In this document: positions 47,330 through 57,046 of the stretch, in pieces
Layout: each line of letters starts with the position of its first letter
How positions within the stretch are numbered: the first letter of the stretch is position 1
Assembly: GCA_021299855.1 (NCBI GenBank)
Contig: JAJTEY010000003.1
Location: forward strand, 759 to 64,758
Length of the DNA stretch: 64,000 nucleotides
Source: Bacteroidota bacterium
GTDB lineage: Bacteria; Bacteroidota; Bacteroidia; Palsa-965
Reading direction: 5' to 3'
Position numbers and translations under genes: made by a program
Notes under the pieces: model-generated
Told to the model about the DNA's origin: nothing
Database searches by the model: none
Seen by the model: the letters and a program-made list of their open reading frames with translations, nothing else

Positions 47330-47363
47330 TTCATTAACTAAGTAAGCATTTATTAAAAACCAG

Positions 47364-48251
47364 TTGAAGCCTTTTGCGCTTTTGCTCCCTGCTGCGGCAT
47401 TGGTATTCACCATGTCTTCTTGCGGAGGCGATAATAATGACACACCACCTGCGGACACGCTAGCTGCAGACACTGTGGAAGCTCCGACTCAGAACATGGA
47501 GTTTGCCCGTGTTCCGTCTCCGGCAGAAATGTTCATTTTTATGAAAGGATTAGGAAATGCAACCGGCAATCCGGATGTGCTTAACCCTGTGGACAATGAA
47601 AAAAACTATGCGAGCAAAAAAGCACAGGCATTAAACTTGGGTGTTTATTCCGCCGACTTGCTGTATTGTTCAACCTTTGAAGTATCTAACAAAGTTGTAG
47701 GTTACTTTGGTGTTTGTATGCGCATGGGTGAAAAATTGCAGGTGGCTACAAATCTTACCGACAAGGATAAAGAACGCATCAACAAGAATACAGGCAACTC
47801 CGATTCTTTAATTGCCGTGTCTAACGATTTGTATTTAGCCTCTTTCCAAAATTTAGAGCAAAACGATCGTGGTGCAGATTTGTGCCTTATGTTAGCAGGA
47901 GGTTGGGTAGAAAGTCTTCACTTGATGAACACCATGGTTAAAGATTTCGACAAGGATAAAGCCGTTGCTGTTAAAGTAGCTGAGCAGAAAATGTCATTAA
48001 GCAATTTGGTGGAATACATGACGCAGTATGAAAGTAATGCGGATGTGGCATCAGTTTTGCAACAGCTCAACGGGTTGAAAACATTGTTTGATGGTTTGAC
48101 ACAAAATGCAGCAACCGGTGGTATGAAAACCAACGACAAAGGCAAGAAAGTGCTAGGCGGTGGTTCACAAATCGACATCACCAAAGATCAATTCAATGCG
48201 ATCAGTGCCAAGACAAAAGAAATTCGTGACTCATTCATTAACGCCCAGTAA
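47364..48251 (+). CDS. hypothetical lipoprotein, predicted all-alpha (TTG start)
   Basis: Lipobox FTMSSC. There is no in-frame ATG upstream, so the TTG at 47364 is the only start that keeps the signal peptide. Confidence 0.5.
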   Translation: MKPFALLLPAAALVFTMSSCGGDNNDTPPADTLAADTVEAPTQNMEFARVPSPAEMFIFMKGLGNATGNPDVLNPVDNEKNYASKKAQALNLGVYSADLLYCSTFEVSNKVVGYFGVCMRMGEKLQVATNLTDKDKERINKNTGNSDSLIAVSNDLYLASFQNLEQNDRGADLCLMLAGGWVESLHLMNTMVKDFDKDKAVAVKVAEQKMSLSNLVEYMTQYESNADVASVLQQLNGLKTLFDGLTQNAATGGMKTNDKGKKVLGGGSQIDITKDQFNAISAKTKEIRDSFINAQ

Positions 48252-48276
48252 TAACTACAAATAACACTCAGGAACT

Positions 48277-48750
48277 ATGAAAAAAGTAATCTCCGGTTTG
48301 ATGATTTTGGCAATGATCAGCTTGCATCTTCCGCTGAATTCTCAGGCCCCTTGCGCAATGTTTCACCGCAAGAGTTGTGGAAGTATGGCTTCTGAAACAG
48401 GATTCATCTACAATTCACAATCAAAAAGCGGTTTGTTCGCCCCGGGTACAACCTCAAAGATGAAGTGCATATTTTATTCAGGAATGGATTATTCGATTAC
48501 TATCTGTGCCGATCGATTGTTGGGGGATGGTATTCAATTCACACTAACTGATGCAGCTACAGGAGAATTATTATACGACAATGCAACGGATAATAAAGTG
48601 CCGCATATGGAATTTTCATGTGAAAGCAGCCGAAACATGGTAATTACTGTTACAGTACCCGGTGCCGGCATCAATAAAGGGAAAGCAGCGGACGGCGGTT
48701 GTTTAGGTATTCTAATAGAACAGAAAAAGTCTCCGAAGGTTGGGTTTTAA
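48277..48750 (+). CDS. hypothetical secreted Cys-containing protein
   Basis: 157 aa. Signal peptide ...LPLNSQA and seven Cys in the mature part. Confidence 0.5.
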   Translation: MKKVISGLMILAMISLHLPLNSQAPCAMFHRKSCGSMASETGFIYNSQSKSGLFAPGTTSKMKCIFYSGMDYSITICADRLLGDGIQFTLTDAATGELLYDNATDNKVPHMEFSCESSRNMVITVTVPGAGINKGKAADGGCLGILIEQKKSPKVGF

Positions 48751-48769
48751 TCATTAATGACAAAATACA

Positions 48770-48800
48770 AAGCCCTCGCAAATATGCGGGGGCTTTTTGT
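48770..48800 (+). terminator. rho-independent terminator
   Basis: GCCCTCGCA-AATA-TGCGGGGGC (9 bp including one G-U pair), followed by TTTTTGTTTT. Confidence 0.7.
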
Positions 48801-48830
48801 TTTCTTTGCTTTCCTTAATTCCTTAATACT

Positions 48831-51800
48831 ATGAAAAAATTAATTGGAGGTGCTGGTATTGCGATTGCTGTTGTTGTGCTTTTAGCTGCGGGTGACGACA
48901 AGAAGAAAAAATGGGACGTCAATAATCCTCCCGGAGAATACAAAGAAGTTTCGATTACCGTAAACGAAGGAACATGGATGAATGTGGATATAAGTCCGGA
49001 TGGAAAAACCATAGCTTTCGACTTGCTGGGAGATATTTATACAATTCCAATTTCCGGTGGTACTGCAACGCCAGTAATTACCGGTCATGCGTGGCAGGTA
49101 CAACCGCGCTTCAGCCCCGATGGAAAGAAGATACTTTTCACAAGCGATGAAGGTGGCGGTGATAATATCTGGATGATGGATGCAGATGGAAAAAATGCAA
49201 AGCAAATCACCACAGAAAAATTTCGTTTGCTGAACAATGCCACATGGATGCCGGACGGACAGTATTTCATTGCCCGTAAACACTTCACCTCTACCCGCTC
49301 TTTAGGTGCAGGTGAAATGTGGATGTATCACATTACAGGTGGCGAAGGAATTCAGTTAACGAAGAGAAAAAATTCGCAGCAGGACGTGAATGAACCTACC
49401 GTTGCTCCTGATGGAAGTGCATTGTACTTCAGTGAAGACATGTATCCGGGCGGGTATTTTCAGTACAACAAAGATCCGAACAGCCAAATTTTTGTGGTGC
49501 GTCGCTATGATTTAAAAACAGGAGAACTAGAAAATATTACCGGTGGTCCGGGAAGTGCGTGTCGTCCTCAAATTTCGCGCGATGGCAAACATCTCGCATT
49601 CGTTCGTCGTGTAAGGGAACAATCGGTTTTGTTTTTGCGTGATCTAGCAACCGGTGAAGAATGGCCCATTTTTGACGGCTTAGCAAAAGATCAAATGGAA
49701 GCATGGACCATTTTCGGTTCATACACCGGATTCAACTGGACGCCGGACAATAAATACATTGTGATCTGGGCAAAAGGTAAGTTGAAGAAAATTGAAGTGG
49801 CTTCACAAAAAGTAGAAGATGTTCCTTTTACGGTAAATAGCAAACACCGTATCTATAAGGCATTGCGCTTTAAACAAGATGTCGCTCCCGAGAAGTTTAC
49901 CGCGAAAATGATTCGTCACGCGGTTACATCTCCTGATGGAAAAACACTCGTTTTCAATGCAGCCGGATTCTTATACAAAAAGTCACTGCCTAATGGAACA
50001 CCTGAACGTTTAACATCAGGAACTGATTTCGAATTCGAACCTGCATTCAATAAAGACGGCAGCAAACTGACTTTCGTTTCATGGAATGATGAACTAACAG
50101 GAGCTGTAATGGTGATGGACATGAAAGTGGCGAAAGCTAAACCGGTAACAGTCACACAGGAAAAAGGAATTTTCCGCACACCTTCATTCTCTCCGGACAG
50201 TAAGACAATTGCATTTTGGAAAGAAGAAGGAAACGATCATCAGGGAACAGCGTTTTCCGTAAAGCCGGGTATTTATACAGTTCCTGCTTCAGGTGGCGCG
50301 GCAACCTTCCACTTCAACAATTATGCGCAACGCCCGATGTTTAGTGCTGACGGTAAAGAGTTGTTGTATTACGTGGATGCCGGCGAAAAAACATTAAATG
50401 CTTTTCATCTGGAGCAGAAATCGCATCGCAATATTGCATCATCGCAATATGCATGGGAAATTTTACCAAGTCCGGATAACAAGTGGATTGCATTTCGCGA
50501 ATTGTTTAAAGTATATGTGTGTGCTTTCCCTACATCAGGAAAAACGTTGGAGTTAAGCAATGATATGGGACAAGTTCCCGTCGCATGCGTGACTAAAGAT
50601 GCCGGTCAAAGTGTACACTGGAGCAGCGACAGCAAACAGCTGAACTGGACGATGGGTGAAAAATATTTCTCGCGTACCATTCAACAGACGTTCGACTTCG
50701 TTTCGGGTGCTCCGGATTCATTACCGGGACTGGATTCGGTGGGAATCAGTATTAATCTGCAACTCAACTCGGATCGACCGAGAGGTGTCATTGCGATGAC
50801 GAATGCACGCATCATAACCGTGAACAAAAAAAATGAAGTAATTGAAAACGGTGTTGTTGTTGTAACCGATAATAGAATTACTGCTGTTGGAAAAACAGGA
50901 GAAGTACAAATTCCGGCGAATGCGAAAGTGATAGACTGCGCAGGAAAAACTATCATGCCGGGCATAGTTGATGTACATGCGCATCTGGGAACTTTCCGTC
51001 ATGGCATCAGTCCACAAAAGCAATGGAGTTATTACACCAACCTTGCTTATGGTGTAACTACAACACATGATCCATCATCAAATACCGAGATGGTTTTCTC
51101 GCAAAGCGAAATGGTGAAAGCTGGTCATATGGTCGGACCTCGTATTTACTCTACAGGCTGGATATTGTATGGTGCAGAATCCGAGTTTAAGGCGATCATC
51201 AATAATTACGAGGATGCCCGTACTGCAGTTTTCCGTAATCAGAGTACAGGAGCATTTAGTGTAAAGAGTTACAACCAGCCGCGTCGTGAACAGCGACAGC
51301 AAGTGATTCATGCTGCGCGCAATCTCAATATGATGGTGGTTCCTGAAGGTGGATCATTCTTCTATCACAACATGACTCAGATTCTGGATGGACATACAGG
51401 TATTGAACACAACATTCCGATTGCACCTGTTTATGATGATGTCATCAAGTTATGGAGTGCATCAGAAACCGGTTATACGCCAACACTTATTGTTGCTTAC
51501 GGTGCCGTAAACGGAGAAAATTATTTTTATCAGAAGAACAATGTCTGGGAAGATGAAAAATTACTCCGCTTCTACCCCCGCGGAATGATTGATTCCCGTG
51601 CACGTCATCGTACCATGATTCCGGACAATGAATATCAAAATGGTCATATGCTAATTGCTCAATCATGCAAAAAATTATCGGATGCCGGCGTAAAAGTGAA
51701 CCTTGGTGCACACGGACAAATTCAGGGTATTGGTGCGCATTGGGAATTGTGGATGCTTGCGCAAGGTGGTATGAGCCCAATCGAAGCCATTCGTTGTGCA

Positions 51801-52100
51801 ACGATGAACGGTGCGTGGTACATTGGATTGGATCATGATCTGGGATCTATCGAGAATGGTAAGTTGGCAGACATCATTATTCTGGATAAAAATCCGTTGG
51901 AGGATATTAAGAACACTAACAGTGTACGTTACACGATGATGAACGGTCGTTTATTTGACACCGAGAACATGAATGAAGTGGGCAATTACGACAAGAAGCG
52001 TACGAAATTTTGGTGGGAAAGTGCGCGTTACAATGCGAACTACAAATTCCACGAGGAAACCCATTCATTTATGCACGATTATTGCGAGATGGATGATTAA
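48831..52100 (+). CDS. TolB-like beta-propeller / amidohydrolase-superfamily fusion protein
   Basis: 1089 aa with a signal/anchor. Repeated S/FSPDGK propeller motifs fill the N-terminal ~650 aa. The C-terminal amidohydrolase has the metal motif VDVHAH and later HG..D residues. Confidence 0.85.
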   Translation: MKKLIGGAGIAIAVVVLLAAGDDKKKKWDVNNPPGEYKEVSITVNEGTWMNVDISPDGKTIAFDLLGDIYTIPISGGTATPVITGHAWQVQPRFSPDGKKILFTSDEGGGDNIWMMDADGKNAKQITTEKFRLLNNATWMPDGQYFIARKHFTSTRSLGAGEMWMYHITGGEGIQLTKRKNSQQDVNEPTVAPDGSALYFSEDMYPGGYFQYNKDPNSQIFVVRRYDLKTGELENITGGPGSACRPQISRDGKHLAFVRRVREQSVLFLRDLATGEEWPIFDGLAKDQMEAWTIFGSYTGFNWTPDNKYIVIWAKGKLKKIEVASQKVEDVPFTVNSKHRIYKALRFKQDVAPEKFTAKMIRHAVTSPDGKTLVFNAAGFLYKKSLPNGTPERLTSGTDFEFEPAFNKDGSKLTFVSWNDELTGAVMVMDMKVAKAKPVTVTQEKGIFRTPSFSPDSKTIAFWKEEGNDHQGTAFSVKPGIYTVPASGGAATFHFNNYAQRPMFSADGKELLYYVDAGEKTLNAFHLEQKSHRNIASSQYAWEILPSPDNKWIAFRELFKVYVCAFPTSGKTLELSNDMGQVPVACVTKDAGQSVHWSSDSKQLNWTMGEKYFSRTIQQTFDFVSGAPDSLPGLDSVGISINLQLNSDRPRGVIAMTNARIITVNKKNEVIENGVVVVTDNRITAVGKTGEVQIPANAKVIDCAGKTIMPGIVDVHAHLGTFRHGISPQKQWSYYTNLAYGVTTTHDPSSNTEMVFSQSEMVKAGHMVGPRIYSTGWILYGAESEFKAIINNYEDARTAVFRNQSTGAFSVKSYNQPRREQRQQVIHAARNLNMMVVPEGGSFFYHNMTQILDGHTGIEHNIPIAPVYDDVIKLWSASETGYTPTLIVAYGAVNGENYFYQKNNVWEDEKLLRFYPRGMIDSRARHRTMIPDNEYQNGHMLIAQSCKKLSDAGVKVNLGAHGQIQGIGAHWELWMLAQGGMSPIEAIRCATMNGAWYIGLDHDLGSIENGKLADIIILDKNPLEDIKNTNSVRYTMMNGRLFDTENMNEVGNYDKKRTKFWWESARYNANYKFHEETHSFMHDYCEMDD

Positions 52101-52123
52101 ATCGTTCAAAACTTAATCATTTG

Positions 52124-52157
52124 CAAGGGGACGGTTCCGCAGGAAGTCGTCCCCTTG
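52124..52157 (+). terminator. putative rho-independent terminator
   Basis: CAAGGGGACG ... CGTCCCCTTG, a 10-bp stem with a 14-nt loop, followed by TTGTAATTT. Confidence 0.55.
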
Positions 52158-52173
52158 TTGTAATTTCGCAAGT

Positions 52174-52851
52174 ATGAAACAAATCATGTTCATGATTTTA
52201 ATGATGAGTTCGTTACTGATGGTGGGCCAGGAACGTGCTCCAGTTCAAGCGCAACCGGATTCAACGTTGAAAGCGTACAAAGATTCATTACAACATATTG
52301 TTACCTATCATAAAAATGGTAGTGTAAACGAAGATTATTACAAGACTTGTAACGGTGATAAAGTCGGATCATATAAGCGTTATACCCGTTACGGCAAATT
52401 GTACATCACCGGTAAGTACAATGAAGGCGTGCCTGCAGGCGTATGGTATTACTATTCCGCGGACACTTCAGGAAAACTGGTGCAGGCTTTAGATTTCGAT
52501 AAGCACAAAGAGCTTTATGTGGATTCACTTCGTGTTTCGCAATTGTTTTGTAGTCCCCGTTTTTTTGGTGGAAATATGATTCAGATGGATTATATCCAAA
52601 AACGGTTACGTACCGATTTTTCTGCTGCAGAGCGTGCGCAATTCAAAGGTCAATCCTTCACCATTTCCTATACCATCGATGCAACAATATTAAAACCAAT
52701 GCTCATTACGCCTGATCAAACGTATTTGTCACCCGAAATGGAGAAACGATTAATTCAAATTGTAAAAGACATGCCGGCTTATTTGCCGCCTGTATGTCGT
52801 CCGGGCTCAGAGGCGGTTTGGAGAACTAATGTGGTCTTCTACTTTCCGTAG
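52174..52851 (+). CDS. hypothetical secreted protein with MORN/YwqK-like repeats
   Basis: Signal peptide. YHKNGSVNEDYY...GSYKRYTRYGKLYITGKYNEGVPAGVWYYY resembles MORN-variant repeats. Confidence 0.45.
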   Translation: MKQIMFMILMMSSLLMVGQERAPVQAQPDSTLKAYKDSLQHIVTYHKNGSVNEDYYKTCNGDKVGSYKRYTRYGKLYITGKYNEGVPAGVWYYYSADTSGKLVQALDFDKHKELYVDSLRVSQLFCSPRFFGGNMIQMDYIQKRLRTDFSAAERAQFKGQSFTISYTIDATILKPMLITPDQTYLSPEMEKRLIQIVKDMPAYLPPVCRPGSEAVWRTNVVFYFP

Positions 52852-54761
52852 TGCAGGACATTCACCACATATTAAAAACATATTGGGGCTACGATCAATT
52901 CCGACCGCTCCAAGAAGATATTGTTCGAAGAATTCTTGAAGGTAAAGACACACTGGCGCTACTTCCAACCGGAGGCGGCAAATCAATATGTTTTCAAGTT
53001 CCTGCGTTAGCGATGGATGGCATTTGTATTGTCGTGTCTCCGCTAATCGCATTAATGCAGGATCAGGTTCAGAACCTTGTGCGTCGTGGCGTTAAAGCAG
53101 TAGCCATTACAGGCGGTATGAGTAAAAAAGAAATTGATGTTGCCTTCGACAATTGTGTTTACGGTCATATCAAATTCCTGTATTTATCGCCGGAACGATT
53201 GCAAACGGAATTAGCACGAGTGCGAATTGCTCGCATGAAAGTAAATTTCTTTGCGGTTGATGAAGCACATTGTATTTCACAATGGGGCTTCGACTTTCGT
53301 CCTCCATATTTACTAATTGCAGAAATACGCGATTTACATCCCAACGCACCGGTGCTTGCACTTACGGCTACCGCAACACCGCAAGTTGCGCAAGATATTA
53401 TGCAGCGACTCGCGTTTAAGAACGGACAAGTTATTCAATCATCTTTTCGTCGCGATAATCTGGCCTACGTTGTGCGTGAAACCGATGATAAACTCGGGCA
53501 ACTGTTGAAAGTTGCAAAAGCAGTAAACGGCTCCGGTGTTGTATATGTGCGCAATCGCAGAAAAACGGGAGAAATTGCCTTATTTCTGCATCAGCAAGGA
53601 ATTCCTTCTACGTTTTATCATGCAGGTTTACCGGCTGCAGAGCGCGCTTCACGACAACAATTGTGGTTGGATAATGCGGCACAAGTAATGGTAGCAACCA
53701 ATGCATTCGGAATGGGTATTGACAAACCCGATGTTCGTTTTGTTGCACACATGGATTTGCCCGACAGTCCTGAAGCGTACTTCCAGGAAGCAGGGCGCGG
53801 TGGTCGTGACGGAAAAGATGCCGGCGCAATTCTATTCTGGCACAAGCGGGATTTGGATGAATTGCAAAAGCAACTGGAACAATCGTTTCCGCCAATAGAT
53901 GAAATTCGTAAAGTGTATCAGGCCATCGGCAATTTGTATCAAATTCCGGTTAGCAGTGGTTTTGGACAAACTGTAGTATTCGATATGAAACACTTGTGTG
54001 ATACGTACAAATTAGATCCGATACTTGTTTTTAATTCGATGAAAACATTGGAACGTGAAGGCTACATCACGTTCACCGATGCTATTTATCAACCCTCACG
54101 AGTAATGATAACTGTGAGTAAAGAAGAATTGTATCGTTACGAGGTGGCACATCCCGAACACGAAAAGTTCATCAAGTTAATTCTACGCATGTACGGTGGC
54201 ATGTTCGAAGGATTTGTACGCATCAAAGAATCGGAAATAGCACCGCGACTCAATACCAACGAATTGAAAGTAGCTGCTATTTTCAATGACCTGATGAAAA
54301 AAGATTTGTTGCATTACCAGCCGCAAACCGATCGACCTTTATTGACCTTCACGGCTCCGCGCGCCGATGCCAAGTCATTGTATATCGCACCGGAAAATTT
54401 AGCCTTACTGCGAAAAACTGCGCAGTCGCGCATTGATGCCATGTCCCTGTTTGTACAAGACACTTCTACTTGTCGTCAAAAGAAATTGTTGGCTTATTTC
54501 GGGGAACAGGATGCACCGGTCTGCGGCAAATGTGATGTCTGCAAAAAGCAAACAGAATCGGAACGCAAACAAATACGCGTACAATTGCGCGATGACATTT
54601 TGAATACCATCGCACAGCAACCGCTTACACTCAACGATTTCAAAATACACTTTCCTTCTGTGGAAGAGAAAGAACTATCCTTTGTACTTCGTCAGTTGTT
54701 AGATCAGGGTATTATAAAGTTCAATCAGCAACGACAGTTGATACTCGCTAAAAATGGCTGA
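52851..54761 (+). CDS. recQ: ATP-dependent DNA helicase RecQ
   Basis: Walker A PTGGGKS, the DEAH box AVDEAHCISQWGFDFRP, and a zinc-binding Cys cluster (C..C..C..C). GTG start overlaps the upstream stop. Confidence 0.95.
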   Translation: MQDIHHILKTYWGYDQFRPLQEDIVRRILEGKDTLALLPTGGGKSICFQVPALAMDGICIVVSPLIALMQDQVQNLVRRGVKAVAITGGMSKKEIDVAFDNCVYGHIKFLYLSPERLQTELARVRIARMKVNFFAVDEAHCISQWGFDFRPPYLLIAEIRDLHPNAPVLALTATATPQVAQDIMQRLAFKNGQVIQSSFRRDNLAYVVRETDDKLGQLLKVAKAVNGSGVVYVRNRRKTGEIALFLHQQGIPSTFYHAGLPAAERASRQQLWLDNAAQVMVATNAFGMGIDKPDVRFVAHMDLPDSPEAYFQEAGRGGRDGKDAGAILFWHKRDLDELQKQLEQSFPPIDEIRKVYQAIGNLYQIPVSSGFGQTVVFDMKHLCDTYKLDPILVFNSMKTLEREGYITFTDAIYQPSRVMITVSKEELYRYEVAHPEHEKFIKLILRMYGGMFEGFVRIKESEIAPRLNTNELKVAAIFNDLMKKDLLHYQPQTDRPLLTFTAPRADAKSLYIAPENLALLRKTAQSRIDAMSLFVQDTSTCRQKKLLAYFGEQDAPVCGKCDVCKKQTESERKQIRVQLRDDILNTIAQQPLTLNDFKIHFPSVEEKELSFVLRQLLDQGIIKFNQQRQLILAKNG

Positions 54762-55830
54762 GCCTCTTAAGAATTTATTAAGTCGTGAATTTGTAAATGA
54801 GTTAACACGTGATATTCGAAAAACTTCGAAGAAATTCGATGATGCGTACTTCGTTAAAACAACTTTAAAAGATTGGAATCAACTCGAGTTGAAAGACCGT
54901 ACCAATCGCATTGCTCACGGTTTCCATACATCTATTCCCGGCAACTATGAACAACAACTTCAGGTTTTGTTATCCATTCACAAGTCGTACAAAGGTTTAC
55001 CCGCATTCGTATTTCCTGCCTTCGTAGAGCATTTCGGAATTGATTTTCCGGAAGCTTCTTTTCAAGCATTAGAACATTTCACACAACTTTCTACGGGGGA
55101 ATTTGCCATTCGGCCGTTTATCCGCATACATCAAAAAATTACGGAGCGGCAAATTTTAAAGTGGACGAAACATTCCAACCAACATATTCGACGTTTAAGC
55201 AGCGAAGGAATTCGTCCACTTTTACCTTGGGCTTCTCCGCTGCGCGAATACATCGACAATCCTGAATTTGTATTAAAAGTCATTGAACGATTGATGCAAG
55301 ATTCCAGCGAATACGTGCGGAAAAGTGTTGCCAACAGTATCAATGATATTTCCAAAAATCAACCCGATGAAGTTTTAAATTTATTGCAGAAACATCTCGG
55401 AAAAAATGATGTTACTGATCGCTTACTACATCACGGAGCCAGAACTCTTCTAAAATCAGGTAATCAAAAGGTGCTGAAGCTGTTTGGACATTCGCATCAA
55501 ATCGACACTGAAGTAGCTTCAGTACAACTAACTCCGAATACCATTCGTATCGGTACTGCAGGACAATTGCATTTCAACTGGAAACTGAAAGGTAAAAACC
55601 GGGAAAAGATTAGAATTGAATACCACATCGGTTTCCTGAAAAAGAACGGAACACTGTCATACAAAGTATTTCAAGTGTTGCGCGGTGTTGTCGAGCCGGG
55701 AACTCATTCGGTTAAGCGTAAACTCAACTTCACCGATCTTACTACCCGAAAACATCTAGCCGGGAAGCATAAACTAAAAATTGTGATCAATGGCGTTGAA
55801 AAATATAGCCTTGACTTCAATCTGATATAG
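54754..55830 (+). CDS. DNA alkylation repair protein, HEAT-like-repeat glycosylase family (AlkC/AlkD-like) with a C-terminal beta-rich domain
   Basis: 358 aa. The sequence resembles the 'DNA alkylation repair enzyme' family (RRLSSEGIRPLLPW..., SEYVRKSVANSINDISK) and has an extra ~110-aa C-terminal domain. It overlaps recQ by 8 nt. Confidence 0.75.
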   Translation: MAEPLKNLLSREFVNELTRDIRKTSKKFDDAYFVKTTLKDWNQLELKDRTNRIAHGFHTSIPGNYEQQLQVLLSIHKSYKGLPAFVFPAFVEHFGIDFPEASFQALEHFTQLSTGEFAIRPFIRIHQKITERQILKWTKHSNQHIRRLSSEGIRPLLPWASPLREYIDNPEFVLKVIERLMQDSSEYVRKSVANSINDISKNQPDEVLNLLQKHLGKNDVTDRLLHHGARTLLKSGNQKVLKLFGHSHQIDTEVASVQLTPNTIRIGTAGQLHFNWKLKGKNREKIRIEYHIGFLKKNGTLSYKVFQVLRGVVEPGTHSVKRKLNFTDLTTRKHLAGKHKLKIVINGVEKYSLDFNLI

Positions 55831-55840
55831 CACACATCAA

Positions 55841-55848
55841 TACCTTTG
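55841..55848 (+). promoter_or_regulatory. putative -7 promoter box (TACCTTTG) 5 nt upstream of the ATG at 55854
   Basis: Exact TAnnTTTG match. Confidence 0.4.
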
Positions 55849-55853
55849 CGCAC

Positions 55854-57038
55854 ATGGAAGAACGCACCAAAATAATTTTAGGATCAGGAAAGGATCAATC
55901 ACTTCGCAGATTTCATCCGTGGGTATTTTCAGGGGCCATTAAAAAAATCAAAGGACCTGTTTTCGATGGTGCAGTAGTTGATGTGTATTCCAATCACGAC
56001 GAATACTTAGGAACCGGACATTATCAGGAAGGCACAATTGCGGTGCGCGTGTTTTCATTTCAACCGGTGACACCTGATGTTGCATTTTGGTCCGATAAAA
56101 TTCGCAAAGCATTTGACTATCGTTTAAGCGTTGGTATTGCCAATAATCCGGACACGAACGTGTACCGATTAATATATGCTGAAGGTGACGGTATGCCCGG
56201 ACTAATCATTGATTATTACAACGGCGTTGCAGTATTGCAGGCGCATTCTGTGGGGATGCATCAGTTCCGCGAAGCCATTGCGCAATCACTTAAAGAAGTT
56301 TTGGGCGACCAACTTCGTGCGGTTTACGACAAGAGTAACGAAGCCTTGCACCGCAATGAAGGTGGTGAAAGCACGAACGGTTATATTTTGGGATCATCAG
56401 ATGGTGCAGGTGAAGTTTTAGAGAACGGACATCGATTTTTAATTGATTGGGAACACGGCCAAAAAACCGGATTCTTTGTTGATCAACGTGATAATCGCGC
56501 ATTGCTGGCGAAATATTCCAAAGGCAAACGCGTACTCAATACCTTCTGCTATACCGGAGGATTTTCTGTGTATGCAGGGAAAGCAGGAGCAACAGAAGTG
56601 CACAGTGTGGACTCTTCCAAGAAGGCAATTGACTTAACCGACAAGAATATGGCATTGAATGGCTTGACCAATCATGCTTCTTTCGCTGTGGATACGTTCG
56701 ATTATTTAAAAGATAAGGATGGCATTTACGATGTAATCATTTTGGATCCGCCTGCATTTGCGAAACATGTGAATGCTCGTCACAATGCAGTTATGGGCTA
56801 TAAACGACTGAATGCCGAAGCTATCAGTAAAATACGTCCGGGAGGAATTCTGTTTACGTTTTCGTGCTCTCAGGTGGTGAGTCGCGGTTTATTCCACGAC
56901 ACGATCATGTCTGCGGCCATTGTCGCCAAGCGCAATGTGCGCGTGTTGCATCATCTCACTCAGCCTACGGATCATCCCGTTAACATTTATCATCCTGAAG
57001 GAGAATATTTGAAGGGATTAGTGCTATACGTGGAATAA
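55854..57038 (+). CDS. rlmI: class I SAM-dependent rRNA (cytosine-C5) methyltransferase, RlmI-like (PUA + MTase)
   Basis: HPWVFSGAI N-terminal PUA-like region and the SAM-binding region VLNTFCYTGGFSVYA...IILDPPAF. Confidence 0.85.
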   Translation: MEERTKIILGSGKDQSLRRFHPWVFSGAIKKIKGPVFDGAVVDVYSNHDEYLGTGHYQEGTIAVRVFSFQPVTPDVAFWSDKIRKAFDYRLSVGIANNPDTNVYRLIYAEGDGMPGLIIDYYNGVAVLQAHSVGMHQFREAIAQSLKEVLGDQLRAVYDKSNEALHRNEGGESTNGYILGSSDGAGEVLENGHRFLIDWEHGQKTGFFVDQRDNRALLAKYSKGKRVLNTFCYTGGFSVYAGKAGATEVHSVDSSKKAIDLTDKNMALNGLTNHASFAVDTFDYLKDKDGIYDVIILDPPAFAKHVNARHNAVMGYKRLNAEAISKIRPGGILFTFSCSQVVSRGLFHDTIMSAAIVAKRNVRVLHHLTQPTDHPVNIYHPEGEYLKGLVLYVE

Positions 57039-57046
57039 AGTTGTGA

